From assembly GCA_913063835.1 (NCBI GenBank), contig CAJXZV010000002.1:1-58726 (forward strand): a stretch of 58,726 nucleotides of DNA, given 5' to 3'. Each line of letters begins with the position of its first letter. The first letter of the stretch is position 1. Below are positions 20,256 through 28,921 of the stretch, one piece after another. The DNA comes from an uncultured Eubacteriales bacterium (lineage in GTDB: Bacteria > Bacillota > Sulfobacillia > UBA995 > UBA9673). A program made the position numbers and the translations under genes. The notes under the pieces are model-generated. The model saw nothing but the letters and a program-made list of their open reading frames with translations, was not told where the DNA came from and searched no databases.

Positions 20256-20667
20256 GGCGCCCCTCCCCGGTCGGAGTCTCGGGTTCGGTCAGCAGGTGCC
20301 AGACCTTGCCGAGCATCGTCAGTATGTCGAAAGGCTTCCGGACGGTGTCGGAGGCCCCGGCTTCCAGGGCCTCACAGAAGACGTCCGGGGAGTCGAAAGC
20401 CGTCATGAAGAGGCATTTGACCTCGGGAAAGCGCTCCTTGACCCTACGGATGAAGTCGACCCCGCCGCCCCCGGACAGACGGTGGTCGACGATGACCACC
20501 TCCGGCCGGGCCGCCGCGACGAAATCGAGACCTTCCGCGGTCCCCGGGACGGCCGCGGCCTCAAGGCCGTTCTTCCGGAAGAGGGCCAGGAGGAGTTCGC
20601 GCATGGCCTCTTCGTCGTCGACTATCAGTATCCTCTCCTTGACCCTGGCCGTCGCTCCTGGTGTCAT
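20248..20667 (-). CDS. Stand-alone response-regulator receiver (REC) domain protein
   Basis: ..ILIVDDEE.., ..VVIVDHRL.. (phospho-acceptor Asp), ..CLFMTAF.., ..VRKPF... No output domain. ATG 20667 is preceded by GGGAG; the track start GTG 20703 is an alternative. Confidence 0.85.
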   Translation of the reverse strand: MTPGATARVKERILIVDDEEAMRELLLALFRKNGLEAAAVPGTAEGLDFVAAARPEVVIVDHRLSGGGGVDFIRRVKERFPEVKCLFMTAFDSPDVFCEALEAGASDTVRKPFDILTMLGKVWHLLTEPETPTGEGRRG

Positions 20668-20715
20668 ATAGGCTCCCGTGTCTCCCTTCTCCTCCTGGTG
20701 CACACCTCTTTCCGC

Positions 20716-23700
20716 TCACGGCCCGCCGGTCAGAAGGCCGGCCGCGAGCCGCCTGGCCTCCTCCAGCCCGGACGGCCTGAACCCCTCCTCCTCCAGCCAG
20801 GCCGGGCCTCCCGGCTCGAGGGCCCGGCTCCACTCGGTCGGCCCCAGCACGGGGAGGTGGAGCACCCAGGTGAAGGCCTCCCCACCGGGAAGGACGACCC
20901 TGGCCGTCAGCCTCAGCCGGGACCCCGCCTCGGCTGTCGGGCCGAGGGGCAGAGGCAGGGTTACCCGACCTCCCGACGCCATGTAGGCGCGCCCCTCCAG
21001 TTCCAGGCTGAAGTCGGGAACAGGCGTCCAGTCGGAGGCGCGCACGCTGAAAGTCAGAAGGTTCGGCCCCTCGGCAAGGGCTCCCGGGGCCGTGAAGAGG
21101 AGGACGCCCCGGGGCCCGCGTCTCACGGTGAGCGGCAGGAGCCCCACTGAGCCCCCCTCGCCGGCCGCCCTGTCCACGACACGGACGGCCCCACGGTAGA
21201 CGCCCTCGTTCTCCGGCAACCTGACCCTCACCGGCATGAGGCCGGTCTCCCCGGGGGCGCAACGGAGGGACCCCTCGAGAGGTTCGACCTCCCCCCGGGA
21301 AGCCAGCCACTCCGAGGCGAGCTCCGCCGTGACGGAGTCTGTCCCCGTCCCGCTCCCCTCGATGAAGACGATGTAGGTCCCGGCCTCGGGGTCGGTGAGT
21401 TCGATGACCTCGGTCGAGGAGCCCGGGGTCGCGGAGGCGGCCGTCTCGTGCCACCCGTCGGGCTCACGCCGGTAGAGGTAGAGGTCGAGGTCTGCCGGGT
21501 CCTGTCCGACCCCGCTCAGGTGCAGGCTCCGGAGCGTCACCCTCAGGAGCCCCCGCTCCCCGCCCAGCGGCGGCAGGGTGCGCGTCAGGGCTTCGCCCGG
21601 GCGGACGGTGACCGTCTCCGGCCGGGCGGGCCACGGCTCTGACCAGAGGCCGTAGCCCCGGACCTGCGCGTCGAGCCCGCCGCCCGCGTTGGTCCACGGG
21701 AGCCGCAGTTCCGCTTCTGCCGGATGCGGGTCGCCTCCCGCCGCCTGCCTCCCGCCCCAGGCCGCCCCGGGCTGGAGCCAGAACCGGGTGATGAGGGACG
21801 CGGGGTCCCCGAGAGAGGCCGGGGAGAGGCCGGAGGCCTCAGCGAGACCCGCGACTGGGACGGCCAGGTCCAGTCCCCCGGCCGGCAGGTCGTAGACGAG
21901 CCCGCCGAGAGAGGCCTCGAGCCAGTAGGAGGAGCGTTCGAGGCCGAAGGCCGAGAGGGCCGCGGAGCTGTAGACGACGGCCTCCCAGACCCCCTCCTCC
22001 GGGTCGTCCACGGCCACGACCACGTACCCCGAGAGGTCGGCGGCCCCGGCTCCGATGTAGTCGGTGGTCGCCGCGGGCCTGCCGTCAGGTCGGAAGAGGT
22101 GCAGGCGGACGCGTCCGGCGAAGCGGTCGTCCGCGCCGACCGGCACCCCGCAGGAGACCTCGAGCCGGGCGGCCCCCGGGGGCACGCGGAGGAAGTGCCT
22201 CTCCAGGCGGGCCGGCCCGAGCTCGCCCTCGCCGGAGTAGGTCCACCCCGTCTCAGGTCCCAGGACGGACGGCACGACCAGGGTCACCGGCACGGAGATG
22301 AGCCGCCGGAGCCCGTCGTCCGCGGTCACACGGGCCGAGTGAAGGCCCGGCTCGAGGCCCGTGTCCACGGTCAGCCCGACCGTGCGCTCGAGGCCCGCCG
22401 TGAGGGCCACCTGGTCCTTCTCCGGCCTCAGCCACGGTGCGGTCGTCTCGAGCTCGAGCCAGGCCGGACCGTGCCCGGAGCCGGTGACGGCGAAGGTCAT
22501 CCTGCCGGCGGGCAGCCTGCGCGCCGCCAGGCCCCTGGGGGTCGGACGGGGCCTGGGGCCCACGCCCTCCCCGGAGGCCAGGACGCGCGCCAGCCACTCC
22601 CAGGAGGCGGTGGCGCTGACGGCACCGGAGCCCTGCTCGACGTAGGCGTAGCCCTCGAGAGGCCTGCTCCCGGCAAGGACGGCCTCCCTCACGGCCGACG
22701 CCGTCACCGGCAGGCCGGCCCTCTCCGCCGCCTCCCAGAGGAGGGCGGCCATCCCGGCCACGTGGGGCACGGCCATGCTCGTGCCTTCACCTTCCACGTA
22801 GCCGGTGGGGTCGAGCCAGAACGGCGCCGCGGACAGGGCGCACCCCGGAGCGACGACGTCGGGGCCGCCCGAGCCGTCCGGCCGGGGCCCCACAGCGCTG
22901 AAGGGCCAGATGGTGTCACCGGGCACCTGGTAGCCGTAGTAGGCCTGCCACATGTCGCTTGTGACGAGGGCCCCCACGGTGAGGATGCCCTCCCCCGCCC
23001 CCGGTCCCCTCGCCGAGCCCAGGCCCGGTCCGCCGTTCCCCCCGGCGATGACGACGAGGGCTCCGTAGGTCCGGGCGATGCTCTCGATCTCCGCCGTCTC
23101 CGCGCCCAGGCCGCCGCTCAGGGAGAGGCTGTCCACGCTCAGGACGATGATGTCCGCGCCCTCCCGGGCGGCGTAGCCCACCGCCTGGACGATGTCGGCC
23201 CAGGTCCCGTCTCCCGACGAACGGAGGGCCTTCACGGCCATGAGTCTGGCCCCGGGGGCGACACCATCGGGACCTCCGCGGTAGGAGCCGAAGGCGGCGG
23301 CGATGGCCGCGACGTGGGTCCCGTGCCCGTTGCCGTCGAAGCCGAGCGTGACCCTGTTGCCGTCGGCCCGCAGGTCGCACAGGACGAAGGGACAGCGGGA
23401 GGACGTCGGAAGGTGGTGCGGCCCGAACCAGGCGACGAGACCCGTCTCGCGGTAGGCCCTCAGGGGGACCTCGTCCGTCAGGTCCAGGTCGCGGTCTGTG
23501 TCGACGTAGACGGTGTCGTAGGTCCCCGGCGTCCGTCGGTCGACCGACACCACGAGGAACTCGTCGTCCGACCGTCCGTTGCGGTCGAGGTCCCCGCGGA
23601 GGGGACCGTTCGGGTCGAGCCGCTCCTCCCGGAAGACGCCCGAGTGGAAGAACCCGCTCCTCGAGACCAGCCCGCCGACCCGGACCCGGCCGAGCTCGGT

Positions 23701-25302
23701 CTCGATGAAGCCCCCTGCGGCCCGGGACAGCCTGGTGGTCGAGACCTCGCCCTCACCGGTGAAGTCGACCCAGTCGACGACCTTGCGCTCGAGCCTGCTC
23801 GTCATGGCCAGGTCGGGATGGCTCACGTCTATGCCCGTGTCGATGACGGCTATCGTGAGGCCGCTGCCGTCCGCGCCCGTCGAGGCGGAGAGGGCGTCGG
23901 CCCCGACGACCCGGGCGTTGAGGGCCATGGCCGCGGGCGGCAGAAGGAGCGGCTCCCACGAGCCCGCCGCAGGGTCCTCGGCCTCGGCCGGCCGGAGCCC
24001 CGCCCGGCCGACCCCACCGCCTGAGGCGGCCGTCTCGGCCCCGGGCGGAAGGACGGCCAGGGCCCGCACCGCTCCCGTGAGGGAGTCCAGGATGAAGTAG
24101 ACGAGGTCGCCGGGGCTGACCGAAGCGTCCCCGGCCTCGGAGGCCGCCTCGGGGGCCGCACCGCTCCGGAAGACCGGAGCCCAGGGGAAGACCTCGAGGG
24201 TGCGGGTGGGCGCCGTCTCCCCGCCGGGTGCGCCCGGGCGGCACAGGGTGACGGTGGCCAACCCCGGGGCGGCGGCCACGACCTCACCGAGACCGTCCAG
24301 GCGCGTCGCCTCCACGAAGAGCGCGCGGCCCTGCGCGTCCAGCACCAGACACACCTCGTCGAGGGGCTCGACCGCCTGCCGTCCCGCGCGGGCGCCGTTG
24401 CGGAAGACGGGGGTCTCCGGCGGCACCTCGACGTAGACCAGCGGCCCCGGCGCGGCGGGACCCAGGGAGTCCGGGGGCCGGAACACGACCAGGCCGCCCG
24501 CCCCGGGAGGCACGGCGGCCTCGGGGGTGGCCGAGGGCCAGACGTCGAGGGCGAGCAGGCCGCCGTCGTCCGAGGCCCCGCGGACGATGCCCGAGACGTC
24601 GAAGAGCCGCCCGCTCATGCGGATGGCCCGGTAGATGAGGCAGACCGCCTCGGCCCGGGTCGCCGTGCCCCGGGGCCGGAAGCTCCCGTCCGGATAGCCC
24701 CTCACCATGCCCCGCTCGAAGGCCGCTCCGACGGAGGCGGCCGCCCAGGCCGGGATTTCCTCGCGGTCGGTGAAGGGTAGGTTCCCCGGCCCGAGCGGGC
24801 CGGACTCCAGGCCGAGGATGCGGACGAGGAGGGCGGCTATCTCACACCTGACTATGGGCCGGTCCGGCCGGAAGGTCCCGTCGGGGTAGCCCCGCACGAG
24901 GTCGTACTCGGCGCCGACGCTGACGAACCCGGCGACCGGGGCGGCGGGCCCGACGTCGCGGAACGGGGTCGGGAGTCCGGTGAGGTCCCCGGCCTCAACC
25001 CCCCAGCCGAGGGCCTCGACGAGGAAGGTCACGAACTCCCCCCTCGTCACCGGGTCGTCCGGCCGGAAGGCCCCGCCGGCGGGTCCCAGGACCCCCCGGG
25101 ACCACAGGGCGGTGACCTCCACGGCCGCCCAGTGGCCGGCGATGTCGGCGAAAGGCAGACCGGCCCCACCCTGCGGTCCGGCGGCGAGGACCGGCCGGCC
25201 GCCGGGCACGACGAGCACGCCGGCCACCGCCCCGGTCGCCAGGACGCAGGCGAGAAGGACGCTGATGAAACGTCTGAACCCGGCTGCAGGGCGGAGCCTC
25301 AA
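20716..25302 (-). CDS. SLH-anchored subtilisin-family (S8) serine peptidase, 1528 aa
   Basis: Signal peptide and three SLH repeats (..FADIAGHWAA.., ..FRDVGPAAPVAGFV.., ..FTDREEIPAWAA..). Catalytic Asp ..IAVIDTGID.. at about 23841, His ..GNGHGTHVA.. at about 23325 and Ser ..GTSMAVPHVAG.. at 22777-22779. A C-terminal region of about 680 aa follows. Confidence 0.9.
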   Translation of the reverse strand: MRLRPAAGFRRFISVLLACVLATGAVAGVLVVPGGRPVLAAGPQGGAGLPFADIAGHWAAVEVTALWSRGVLGPAGGAFRPDDPVTRGEFVTFLVEALGWGVEAGDLTGLPTPFRDVGPAAPVAGFVSVGAEYDLVRGYPDGTFRPDRPIVRCEIAALLVRILGLESGPLGPGNLPFTDREEIPAWAAASVGAAFERGMVRGYPDGSFRPRGTATRAEAVCLIYRAIRMSGRLFDVSGIVRGASDDGGLLALDVWPSATPEAAVPPGAGGLVVFRPPDSLGPAAPGPLVYVEVPPETPVFRNGARAGRQAVEPLDEVCLVLDAQGRALFVEATRLDGLGEVVAAAPGLATVTLCRPGAPGGETAPTRTLEVFPWAPVFRSGAAPEAASEAGDASVSPGDLVYFILDSLTGAVRALAVLPPGAETAASGGGVGRAGLRPAEAEDPAAGSWEPLLLPPAAMALNARVVGADALSASTGADGSGLTIAVIDTGIDVSHPDLAMTSRLERKVVDWVDFTGEGEVSTTRLSRAAGGFIETELGRVRVGGLVSRSGFFHSGVFREERLDPNGPLRGDLDRNGRSDDEFLVVSVDRRTPGTYDTVYVDTDRDLDLTDEVPLRAYRETGLVAWFGPHHLPTSSRCPFVLCDLRADGNRVTLGFDGNGHGTHVAAIAAAFGSYRGGPDGVAPGARLMAVKALRSSGDGTWADIVQAVGYAAREGADIIVLSVDSLSLSGGLGAETAEIESIARTYGALVVIAGGNGGPGLGSARGPGAGEGILTVGALVTSDMWQAYYGYQVPGDTIWPFSAVGPRPDGSGGPDVVAPGCALSAAPFWLDPTGYVEGEGTSMAVPHVAGMAALLWEAAERAGLPVTASAVREAVLAGSRPLEGYAYVEQGSGAVSATASWEWLARVLASGEGVGPRPRPTPRGLAARRLPAGRMTFAVTGSGHGPAWLELETTAPWLRPEKDQVALTAGLERTVGLTVDTGLEPGLHSARVTADDGLRRLISVPVTLVVPSVLGPETGWTYSGEGELGPARLERHFLRVPPGAARLEVSCGVPVGADDRFAGRVRLHLFRPDGRPAATTDYIGAGAADLSGYVVVAVDDPEEGVWEAVVYSSAALSAFGLERSSYWLEASLGGLVYDLPAGGLDLAVPVAGLAEASGLSPASLGDPASLITRFWLQPGAAWGGRQAAGGDPHPAEAELRLPWTNAGGGLDAQVRGYGLWSEPWPARPETVTVRPGEALTRTLPPLGGERGLLRVTLRSLHLSGVGQDPADLDLYLYRREPDGWHETAASATPGSSTEVIELTDPEAGTYIVFIEGSGTGTDSVTAELASEWLASRGEVEPLEGSLRCAPGETGLMPVRVRLPENEGVYRGAVRVVDRAAGEGGSVGLLPLTVRRGPRGVLLFTAPGALAEGPNLLTFSVRASDWTPVPDFSLELEGRAYMASGGRVTLPLPLGPTAEAGSRLRLTARVVLPGGEAFTWVLHLPVLGPTEWSRALEPGGPAWLEEEGFRPSGLEEARRLAAGLLTGGP

Positions 25303-25349
25303 GGACAGCTACCCTCCTGGTGGTCCCGGTGAAGGCCGCAGGTCGCCGC

Positions 25350-27338
25350 CTAGTCCACGGCGACCACGTAGCAGTCGTCGAACCAGACCCGGCCTTCGCC
25401 GCTGAACTTCAGATACACCTCGAGGTTGGGCGTCTTGTCCGGGGGAACCGTGAACCAGAGGACGACCTGGCGCCAGGGGAAGGTCCCCGTCCAGTCGGGG
25501 GAGACCGACTCCTCCCGCAGGACGTAGGTCTCGTCCACCGAAGAGCGGAACCGGGCCTCCAGGACGATTCTGGCCCCCTCGGCAACATTTTCCCCCTTAA
25601 CCCACGCGGTTATCTGGTAGGAGCGACCGGCCTCGAGGGGGACGAGCTGGACGGCGTAGGAGGCGTAGGCCCCGGACCACGGCTCGAAGCGGAGGGACCG
25701 CGTTCCGGAGCGGCCCTGGGTCTTGTCGTGGATGACGCGCCCGGGGTAGACGAGGACCCAGTGGACGGGGCCCCTGTCGTACTCCTCCTCGAACCCGCCG
25801 TTGCGGTTCACGACCCTCTCGGGGTCGACGGCTATCTCTTCCACGACGCTGACCGTCTTCCGCTCCCCGACCAGCGTGACCTCCACGCCTCCGGCCGCCT
25901 CGACCCTGGCGGAGACCTGGACGATGTACTCCCCTTCCTCGAGGAAGGTGTGCCGACACCTCGGCTCTGTCGTCACCTCGTGGAGGACGAGGGGGGCATC
26001 GCCGGCGCCTCCGCCGCCGACCGGGCCCCAGACCTCCCATATCCAGGTGTACTCCCGCCCGGAGGCCGGGACCGCGCCCGGGGACCGGAGGGACACGGGA
26101 AGCCCCACGAGGGCCTCCGCGGGGGCGGCGAGAGCCGGGTAGACCTCTATCCTCTTCACCTCGGAGAGAGGGCGGCGCCGCCCGTCCTCCTCGAGATAGG
26201 CCTGGACCTGGAAGACGCCGAGACAGTTCGAGCCGAAGGAAAGGTAGCGGCCGCGGCGCGTCTCGACAGGGGTTCCGGGGGACTGGGTGTCGACCATCTC
26301 CCAGACGATGGCCTGGAGGCTCCCGCTCCAGGCCGCGGGCAGGGCCACCTCGAGCAAGGCGCTCGTCCCGACCTCGACCCTGTCGGGCCCGGCCACCGGG
26401 TGGAGCGAGGGGACGAGGGCCCACTTGCCCACGAGCAGGAGGGCGATGAGGCCCACCCCCGCCGCCGCGGCCCGGAGGACGCGGGTGAGCCGGGTGCGTT
26501 TGGCCTGACGGTAGGCCCTGATGTCCCGGGCGAGCTCGTCGAAGCTCTGGTAGCGCTCTTCGGGGTCGGGCCTGAGACAGCGCCTCAGGATGCGCCGGAC
26601 TTCGCGGGAGAGCCTGACCGGCCGCGCCCCGGCGGCGCGCCCGTCCCGGGCGGCACGGCCGCCCTCGGCCTCCTCCGCGGGGCCGGCCTCGCCCGTGAGG
26701 AGGAAGCGCAGGGTGACCCCGAAGCTGTAGATGTCGCTCCTCTCGTCGGTCGGCAGGTTCGCCTTCTGCTCCGGGGAGGCGTAGTCCTCGGTGAAGGCGT
26801 GGAGGAGGTTGCCGGGGAGCCGGCTGTCGGGGACGCGGGCGATGCCGAAGTCGAGGAGCTTGACCTGGCCCGAAGGGGTGAGCATGAGGTTGGACGGCTT
26901 GAGGTCGCGGTGGATGATCTTCCTCTCGGCCCCTCCGTGCAGGTAGCTCATGATGTCGCAGACCTGGAGGGCGTAATCGAGGGCCTGGTCCTCGCCCAGG
27001 GGGCCCGACCCGAGCACGATGTCCTTGAGGGTCCTGCCCTGGACGAAGTCCATGACGAGGTAGTGCCTTCCGCCCTCCTCGAAGAAGTCGTAGACTTTCG
27101 GGAGGTTGGGGTGGTTGAGGGAGTAGAGGACGTTCACCTCGTTCTTGAACTCGGCCAGACTGAAGGCGTCGGGGTTGAGCTCCTTCACCGCCAAGGGGAC
27201 CCGCTCGTCGACACCCAGGCGCTCGGCAAGGTACACGGTCGCCGAGCCGCCCCGGTCGTAGAGGCGGATGATGCGGTAGCGGTTCTGGAGGACGGTGGAC
27301 GGGGGCAGGACGCCTCCCGGTTCGTTATGACCGACCAT
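25350..27338 (-). CDS. Hanks-type Ser/Thr protein kinase with a single TM helix and an Ig-like plus CBM4_9-like ectodomain
   Basis: ..AVKEL.., ..IIHRDLKPSNLML.., ..LLDFGIARV.., ..YASPEQ... TM helix ..GVGLIALLLVGKWALV... The C-terminal ..NGGFEEE..W..G..SLRFEP..Y..L..G..Y.ITAWVKGE.. is typical of carbohydrate-binding jelly-rolls. Confidence 0.88.
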   Translation of the reverse strand: MVGHNEPGGVLPPSTVLQNRYRIIRLYDRGGSATVYLAERLGVDERVPLAVKELNPDAFSLAEFKNEVNVLYSLNHPNLPKVYDFFEEGGRHYLVMDFVQGRTLKDIVLGSGPLGEDQALDYALQVCDIMSYLHGGAERKIIHRDLKPSNLMLTPSGQVKLLDFGIARVPDSRLPGNLLHAFTEDYASPEQKANLPTDERSDIYSFGVTLRFLLTGEAGPAEEAEGGRAARDGRAAGARPVRLSREVRRILRRCLRPDPEERYQSFDELARDIRAYRQAKRTRLTRVLRAAAAGVGLIALLLVGKWALVPSLHPVAGPDRVEVGTSALLEVALPAAWSGSLQAIVWEMVDTQSPGTPVETRRGRYLSFGSNCLGVFQVQAYLEEDGRRRPLSEVKRIEVYPALAAPAEALVGLPVSLRSPGAVPASGREYTWIWEVWGPVGGGGAGDAPLVLHEVTTEPRCRHTFLEEGEYIVQVSARVEAAGGVEVTLVGERKTVSVVEEIAVDPERVVNRNGGFEEEYDRGPVHWVLVYPGRVIHDKTQGRSGTRSLRFEPWSGAYASYAVQLVPLEAGRSYQITAWVKGENVAEGARIVLEARFRSSVDETYVLREESVSPDWTGTFPWRQVVLWFTVPPDKTPNLEVYLKFSGEGRVWFDDCYVVAVD

Positions 27339-27394
27339 GGTCCCCCTGGCAGAGCTCCTTCGTAATCAGTATCAATTCGACGTGTGGATGACGT

Positions 27395-27421
27395 TACCCT
27401 TGCAAAAGTTTTGTAAGGGTA
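27395..27421. promoter_or_regulatory. 27-bp AT-rich near-perfect palindrome (tacccttgcaaaa-g-ttttgtaagggta) between the propeller gene stop and the kinase start
   Basis: 12 of 13 arm positions are complementary. It is the only AT-rich patch in this part of the window. It could be an operator or a terminator. Confidence 0.35.
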
Positions 27422-27442
27422 CCGCCGGCCGCGGAACGGACA

Positions 27443-28798
27443 TCAGCCCCCCGCGGGTCCGGCGGTGAAGGACACCACGGTGAGGTGGTTCGTCACCCGG
27501 GAGTAGGCGTCATAAGGGTGGTTCGTCGTGATGAGGACCAGGCCCGCTCGAGCCGAGACATCGACGTCCACCAGGGACCCCAGTGGCGCCACCCAGACGG
27601 CCTTACCCGCACGGTTCAGAAGGAGCAGGTAGTGGGAGAAGGTGTAGACCCGGTCCTGGAGGACGGTCTCGCATACGTCGGCGACGAGATACTCGCCCGA
27701 CGGGGTGAACTCCAGGTGCTCGATGACCAGCACCGGGCTGTCGCGCCCTCCTCCGACAGTCCCCTCCTCGCCCGGCTCCCCGCGGCCCCTGAGGTAGGAC
27801 CTCCAGGCGATGTCGCCGGTGGCCGTGTCGAACATGTAGACGGCGCTGTGGCTCCCGACGTCGTACACCACCAGGGAATCCCCGTCGGGCGAGAAGACCA
27901 CGTCCTTGTTCCCCCCGACGACGAGGGAATGGCTCCACAGGCAGGTCCCGTCGGCCGTGGAGTAGAGGTAGACACTGCTGTCAGGGTCCTCGCTGGTCAC
28001 GGCCAGAAGCTCCGCGTCGGGCGAGAGCGCCGCCGCCCAGCGGCCGCCGCCCTTCATCTCGACGGTCCAGACGACCCGCCCGGCGCCGTCGAAGAGGCGG
28101 GCCTGCCCCGGTTCCCTGAGGAGGAACCGCGGGCCGTCCCCCAGGAAGAAGCCTGTCGCACCGGGGGCCACCCTGAGACTCCAGGCGGGCTCGAAATCCG
28201 GGGGACCCAGGACGGTCAGGATGTTGCGGGTCTGGTTGAACAGGGCCAGCCACGACCCGTCGGCCGACATCACGGGACTCGTCCAGCCGTCGATATCCCT
28301 GGCCAGGACCAACCTCCCGCCGGCGTCGAGGAGGCGGAGCTCGCCGTCGCCGTCGTACTGGCAGGCGGCGGCCGCTATGTACCTGCCTCCGGCCAGGTAC
28401 CAGGTCCGGCAGGTCCGGTACGAGCGGTCCGGGAAGACGTGCTCCCAGAGCAGGCGCCCCTCGAGGTCGTAGACCTGGAAGCGCTGGTAGCGCCGCAGAC
28501 CGCGGTGGCAGAGGGTCGTCACCACGTAGGATGTCCCGTCGGGCGCCAGCACCGCCTGCAGGGGTCCTTCGAAGGAGTCGTGGACGACCCGCTGGGTCAT
28601 GACGACGGGGATGTCGAGGAAGCTCAGCTCCTCGACACCTCCGGAGGCGCCGTCCGCCGTGTAGGCCCCCGCGAAGCCGGTCCACTCGACCGACACCTCG
28701 GGGGGGACGTAGGTCGTGTCGTCGCCCTCCCGCGGCAGGGCCTGACAGCTCCTGAGGGCGAGCAGGGGCAGGCCGAGCAGGGCCGCGACGAGGGTCAC
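27443..28798 (-). CDS. Secreted or lipid-anchored beta-propeller repeat protein (WD40/PQQ/TolB-like)
   Basis: N-terminal hydrophobic signal ..LLGLPLLALRSC... Recurrent units of about 40 aa of the type ..SPDG..L.V...D..VY..D...G...W... The start is uncertain because the in-frame upstream KSILRGALVV has no canonical start codon. Confidence 0.55.
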   Translation of the reverse strand: MTLVAALLGLPLLALRSCQALPREGDDTTYVPPEVSVEWTGFAGAYTADGASGGVEELSFLDIPVVMTQRVVHDSFEGPLQAVLAPDGTSYVVTTLCHRGLRRYQRFQVYDLEGRLLWEHVFPDRSYRTCRTWYLAGGRYIAAAACQYDGDGELRLLDAGGRLVLARDIDGWTSPVMSADGSWLALFNQTRNILTVLGPPDFEPAWSLRVAPGATGFFLGDGPRFLLREPGQARLFDGAGRVVWTVEMKGGGRWAAALSPDAELLAVTSEDPDSSVYLYSTADGTCLWSHSLVVGGNKDVVFSPDGDSLVVYDVGSHSAVYMFDTATGDIAWRSYLRGRGEPGEEGTVGGGRDSPVLVIEHLEFTPSGEYLVADVCETVLQDRVYTFSHYLLLLNRAGKAVWVAPLGSLVDVDVSARAGLVLITTNHPYDAYSRVTNHLTVVSFTAGPAGG

Positions 28799-28921
28799 GA
28801 CCAGGGCGCCCCGCAGGATGCTCTTGACTGACTCAGGCCAGGTGGACGTAAGGAAAACCTCCGCCGGGATGTTTCTCTCCCCGCGGCGGCAAGTCCTCCG
28901 CGCCGCGGCGAGGGCGCCGGG

